64,000 nt of DNA from a virus: positions 1 through 64,000 of the IMG/VR virus record IMGVR_UViG_3300028837_001734. One strand, given 5' to 3'. This document shows, one piece after another, positions 60,858 to 64,000 of this stretch; the first letter of the stretch is position 1; each line of letters starts with the position of its first letter. Under the pieces are notes generated by a model. The model saw nothing but the letters and a program-made list of their open reading frames with translations, was not told the DNA's origin and did no database searches. The position numbers and the translations under genes were made by a program.

Positions 60858-63296
60858 CTAATCTACATAACGAGGGAAATACATACCATGAGCATTAAAA
60901 GTAACATCCACATAATGTACTTCTGCGTTATCTCCAAGAAAACGAATTCTTAATCTATGTGCCACATATTCAGCAAATCTTGATCCATACAAACTTCGCA
61001 TCGACCAATACCAGAATTTTCCAAGCCCAAAATTAATACATCTGTTACCGGTAACACGTAGAATTTCCCCACTAGAGATATCCCAAACAGTAGCTGTTAC
61101 TATTGTCGGATTATTAGTAAATTTAGCACGAATAAATGGAAGACCATACCAGCCCCAGACACGTATATAACGATCAATGGGTATCCCAGTGGGCATAGTA
61201 TCATTAGTTTGTAAAGCCAGATATCTAGCTTCATGCTCAGTGGGAGAACCTGATAATTGGACTACTACACCAGACTCACTACCATCTAAGTGAGATTGTT
61301 GAATATGATCAGTACTAGCATTAATATCGCTCCAGTATAAACGACTAGCGATAGGATCAATAACAATCCCAAATGGATCAACTAAACCGTTATCTGAAGA
61401 TACAACAACTTGACAATCAGTCCCATCTTGATTAAACTTAGCTATTTCATCATTAGTTTGATCTACTGCAAATAATGATTTTTCCCATATTCCATAATAT
61501 TTTTGCGGCAACGTGTTAATAGCCAAATGGTCAAGTTTCTGCACTGGTTGTTGATATTCTAATAAACCAAAAGACCATTTCTTCACATTAGTATCAGGAG
61601 ATGGTTTATTTTTACCATTAGTTTGTAATGCTAAGATAGCCGATGGACTAATGGCAATAGCTGGAGTATTATGATCATAAAGACCAGAACACGCATATCG
61701 AACACATTCATCAGTCAGCGAGATATCAATACCATCAATAGAAGCAACTCTGTATTTGGAATAATGTAACGTTGTAGGAACAGTTCTTGAATGATAGTAC
61801 CCAATATAAACTTGTTCATCAAATAACTTACTAATATGCAAATGTGTTGTATTCCAGTTTGGTGTACCCTGTCCAAGGCTCACCTCAACAGCAGAACCTA
61901 TCTGAAAAATTTCAGCACCATTAACTTCTATAACTTGTACAACACAATTATCACCAGTAGCAATATAGGCAGCCAACACTTTATTATTACCAGCATATAC
62001 TAAACGAGAATGATATGTCCAAGAATTAGCATCAAGACTAAGTTCCATACCATCAAAGGAGTCTATAGTATCCTTGACAACAATAGTATCATCATCATAA
62101 TCCATTTCTAGAAGTCTAATTTTTTTATCGGTAGTCAATAATAAAGCTCTTCTGTCATCAATGCGTATAACATCAACAGAGTAAAATCCACTCGCAATAG
62201 TATGCGCAGTACCACTAGTCATTGTTTCGCCATCAATAGACATAATACAAGCTTTACCATAATCGGCCATTAGTATATGCCCAGTTGGAGAACCAGTTCC
62301 AAAAATATCTAAATTAGTACATCTAAGATGTCTCCATGATTTTAAAAAGAGACCAGAAACAACTGTATATCCAGAACTAGATGCATCAATAGATACCAAG
62401 TTAACACTTCCTTCGTTAACTTGCCCGCCATCTGCATATCCAAAAACATAACCTGATTGTATTGATTCATCCCACGTTAATGGTACAAGATCAGCTTTAT
62501 TTTGATTACACATAGGAACACCCATGTCTCCCCATGCAATAGTAGTATTTTCATCTACTTCATCTACTGGATCACTTAAATTACCTATCCTACCATAATA
62601 ATCCTGATATACTACAGTTGAATTACCAAGCATACAAAATGTAATACTCCCACCGTGCGTAGTTTGTGTAAATCCTGATACCTCAGTGGTAAACTCAAAA
62701 CCAGAAACAGCAGGATCATCACCTGCACTTATAACTGTTATAGTTTCTTGTCCAGTCCCATCTAAATTAGCGCAAATTAATGTTCCATCACCAGATCCAT
62801 TAAAATACATCTTTTTATCAGATGGTTTATGTGTTCCGCTATAATCAATATCGATAGCTAAAAACGGTAAATCATAATTAACAGCCGTAACTATCCCAGA
62901 TTTATTGTCACCATCAACATCACATCGCCAAATCTCATATTTCCCTGATACCTTAGTCGTATAATACAACTCAGCACCATTTTCTACATAAAATTCATTC
63001 TGGTCGATCGCTATAGCTAAAGCTAATGGATTAGTTAAACCACTAACAATAGTAGTTTCATTATCCCCATTTAAATCAGCCTTTTTAATAGTTCCGCTAG
63101 CATGCTCAATCCAAAAGACTTTTTCCAATCTATCACGATAAAAATTAGGTATTGTATCAATAACAACACCTCCATAAAGATTAGTGCCAGACACAGAAGC
63201 AATGGTCTCATGAACTCCGTCAGGAAGGCCCTTTCTAGTAACTGGATAACCAAATTTTTGTGACCAATAAATATAATCTTTATTAGCTACTGCCAT
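60858..63296 (-). CDS. YWTD propeller with a second inserted propeller and a C-terminal anchor domain
   Basis: IYWS, VFWIE, ANLDG, LYWSD; GGAGG RBS. Confidence 0.6.
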   Translation of the reverse strand: MAVANKDYIYWSQKFGYPVTRKGLPDGVHETIASVSGTNLYGGVVIDTIPNFYRDRLEKVFWIEHASGTIKKADLNGDNETTIVSGLTNPLALAIAIDQNEFYVENGAELYYTTKVSGKYEIWRCDVDGDNKSGIVTAVNYDLPFLAIDIDYSGTHKPSDKKMYFNGSGDGTLICANLDGTGQETITVISAGDDPAVSGFEFTTEVSGFTQTTHGGSITFCMLGNSTVVYQDYYGRIGNLSDPVDEVDENTTIAWGDMGVPMCNQNKADLVPLTWDESIQSGYVFGYADGGQVNEGSVNLVSIDASSSGYTVVSGLFLKSWRHLRCTNLDIFGTGSPTGHILMADYGKACIMSIDGETMTSGTAHTIASGFYSVDVIRIDDRRALLLTTDKKIRLLEMDYDDDTIVVKDTIDSFDGMELSLDANSWTYHSRLVYAGNNKVLAAYIATGDNCVVQVIEVNGAEIFQIGSAVEVSLGQGTPNWNTTHLHISKLFDEQVYIGYYHSRTVPTTLHYSKYRVASIDGIDISLTDECVRYACSGLYDHNTPAIAISPSAILALQTNGKNKPSPDTNVKKWSFGLLEYQQPVQKLDHLAINTLPQKYYGIWEKSLFAVDQTNDEIAKFNQDGTDCQVVVSSDNGLVDPFGIVIDPIASRLYWSDINASTDHIQQSHLDGSESGVVVQLSGSPTEHEARYLALQTNDTMPTGIPIDRYIRVWGWYGLPFIRAKFTNNPTIVTATVWDISSGEILRVTGNRCINFGLGKFWYWSMRSLYGSRFAEYVAHRLRIRFLGDNAEVHYVDVTFNAHGMYFPRYVD

Positions 63297-63305
63297 TCTT
63301 CCTCC

Positions 63306-63641
63306 TTACCCAACCAAAACAAAATTACGTATTTCTGTAAAAATTTGTATATACGCTATTTCATCTGTATCTGATTTCATTCGACAAAGAAAACGATATT
63401 TACCATTTTGGAAATCTGGTAAATATTTCATTTTCCATCCCCAATATTCATCCGGCATTTGAAAGCAATATTCATAATCTAAATCAATTAATACTTCGGT
63501 ATCCATATTCCAGATGGTTATCTCAACTTCATCTGGATTATCATCAAACTTAGCATATATAATCGGATCTGTTAAAGGAATGCCTAATCTAACATGATAC
63601 ATCTTTTGAAAATCGACACCAGTCGGCATAGATTCTGCCAT
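63306..63641 (-). CDS. Stand-alone domain homologous to the C-terminus of 60858..63296
   Basis: MPTG...P.I.AKF..NP..V....W. Confidence 0.55.
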   Translation of the reverse strand: MAESMPTGVDFQKMYHVRLGIPLTDPIIYAKFDDNPDEVEITIWNMDTEVLIDLDYEYCFQMPDEYWGWKMKYLPDFQNGKYRFLCRMKSDTDEIAYIQIFTEIRNFVLVG

Positions 63642-63650
63642 AATTCCTCC

Positions 63651-64000
63651 TTAACACAAAGATATTAATTTTGCTACAAAAGAAGAATCCATGAAAAATT
63701 TTCTAAATTCTTCCTCAGTATAACGAATAGCCACGGCAACATCACGAATTCTTAAAGGAAAATGAATATGTCTCAATCGTTTTGTAACAGTGGATGTATT
63801 CACACCAAGTAATCTTGCCACCTGAGAATTAGAAAGTCCCAAATTGTAAAGCTTAATAAAAATAGAATCAGGAAATATTTTATTAGCCTCTGATCTATCT
63901 CTTATCTTAACCCCAAGATTTTTCAACCGATGATACATAGTTGTTTCACTGCATCCGTCCATAATAGCAATTGCAGCACAACTCTGAAATTTATCTTGGT
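63651..64000 (-). CDS. Tandem HTH DNA-binding protein, 5'-truncated by the window edge
   Basis: CSETTMYHRLK and LSNSQVARLLGVNTSTVTKRL HTH motifs; frame open to the window end. Confidence 0.6.
   Translation of the reverse strand, partial: QDKFQSCAAIAIMDGCSETTMYHRLKNLGVKIRDRSEANKIFPDSIFIKLYNLGLSNSQVARLLGVNTSTVTKRLRHIHFPLRIRDVAVAIRYTEEEFRKFFMDSSFVAKLISLC

Noticed and set aside
1-64000. CRISPR array
   Set aside because: No regularly spaced direct repeats were seen, and the single 38-bp duplication has no flanking repeats or cas genes.
1-64000. Stop-codon reassignment
   Set aside because: Long genes are intact under code 11, TAG/TGA/TAA all end genes at tight junctions, the breaks are frameshifts rather than in-frame stops, and there is no suppressor tRNA.

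Overview
This 64-kb window looks like part of a large tailed dsDNA phage genome: AT-rich, standard genetic code, AGGAGG-type RBSs, no host housekeeping operons. It has four blocks. (1) + strand, 1-14.4 kb: about 8-9 glycosyltransferase-like genes and a methyltransferase, plus a C-terminal-only DnaE, SSB, a sigma-70-like factor, a Rad52/Sak-like annealing protein and a Whirly-like protein. (2) - strand, 14.4-33.8 kb: tail and baseplate genes, tape measure protein and likely tail chaperones. (3) - strand, 33.9-46.1 kb: accessory region with 4 tRNAs, tmRNA, several unexplained structured RNAs, an intein-containing RNA ligase, HPRT, an AsnRS-related asparagine synthetase and HNH endonucleases. (4) - strand, 46.1-64 kb: tail tube and neck genes plus modular beta-propeller/LamG decoration proteins. 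The best candidate for a new system is virion glycosylation: the GT cluster co-occurs with strong Ser-Gly enrichment in surface-type virion proteins but not in tape measure, baseplate or enzymes. Also notable are a recurring GTGTATAA promoter, a tRNA-mimic and other ncRNAs, an anti-Shine-Dalgarno RNA after tmRNA, and a 38-bp exact copy of another phage gene inside an intein. Caution: the contig contains an Illumina Nextera adapter (36695-36770) and several apparent deletion junctions, so some oddities may be assembly artefacts. All family calls come from motif recognition by eye, with no database search. All counts are hand counts.
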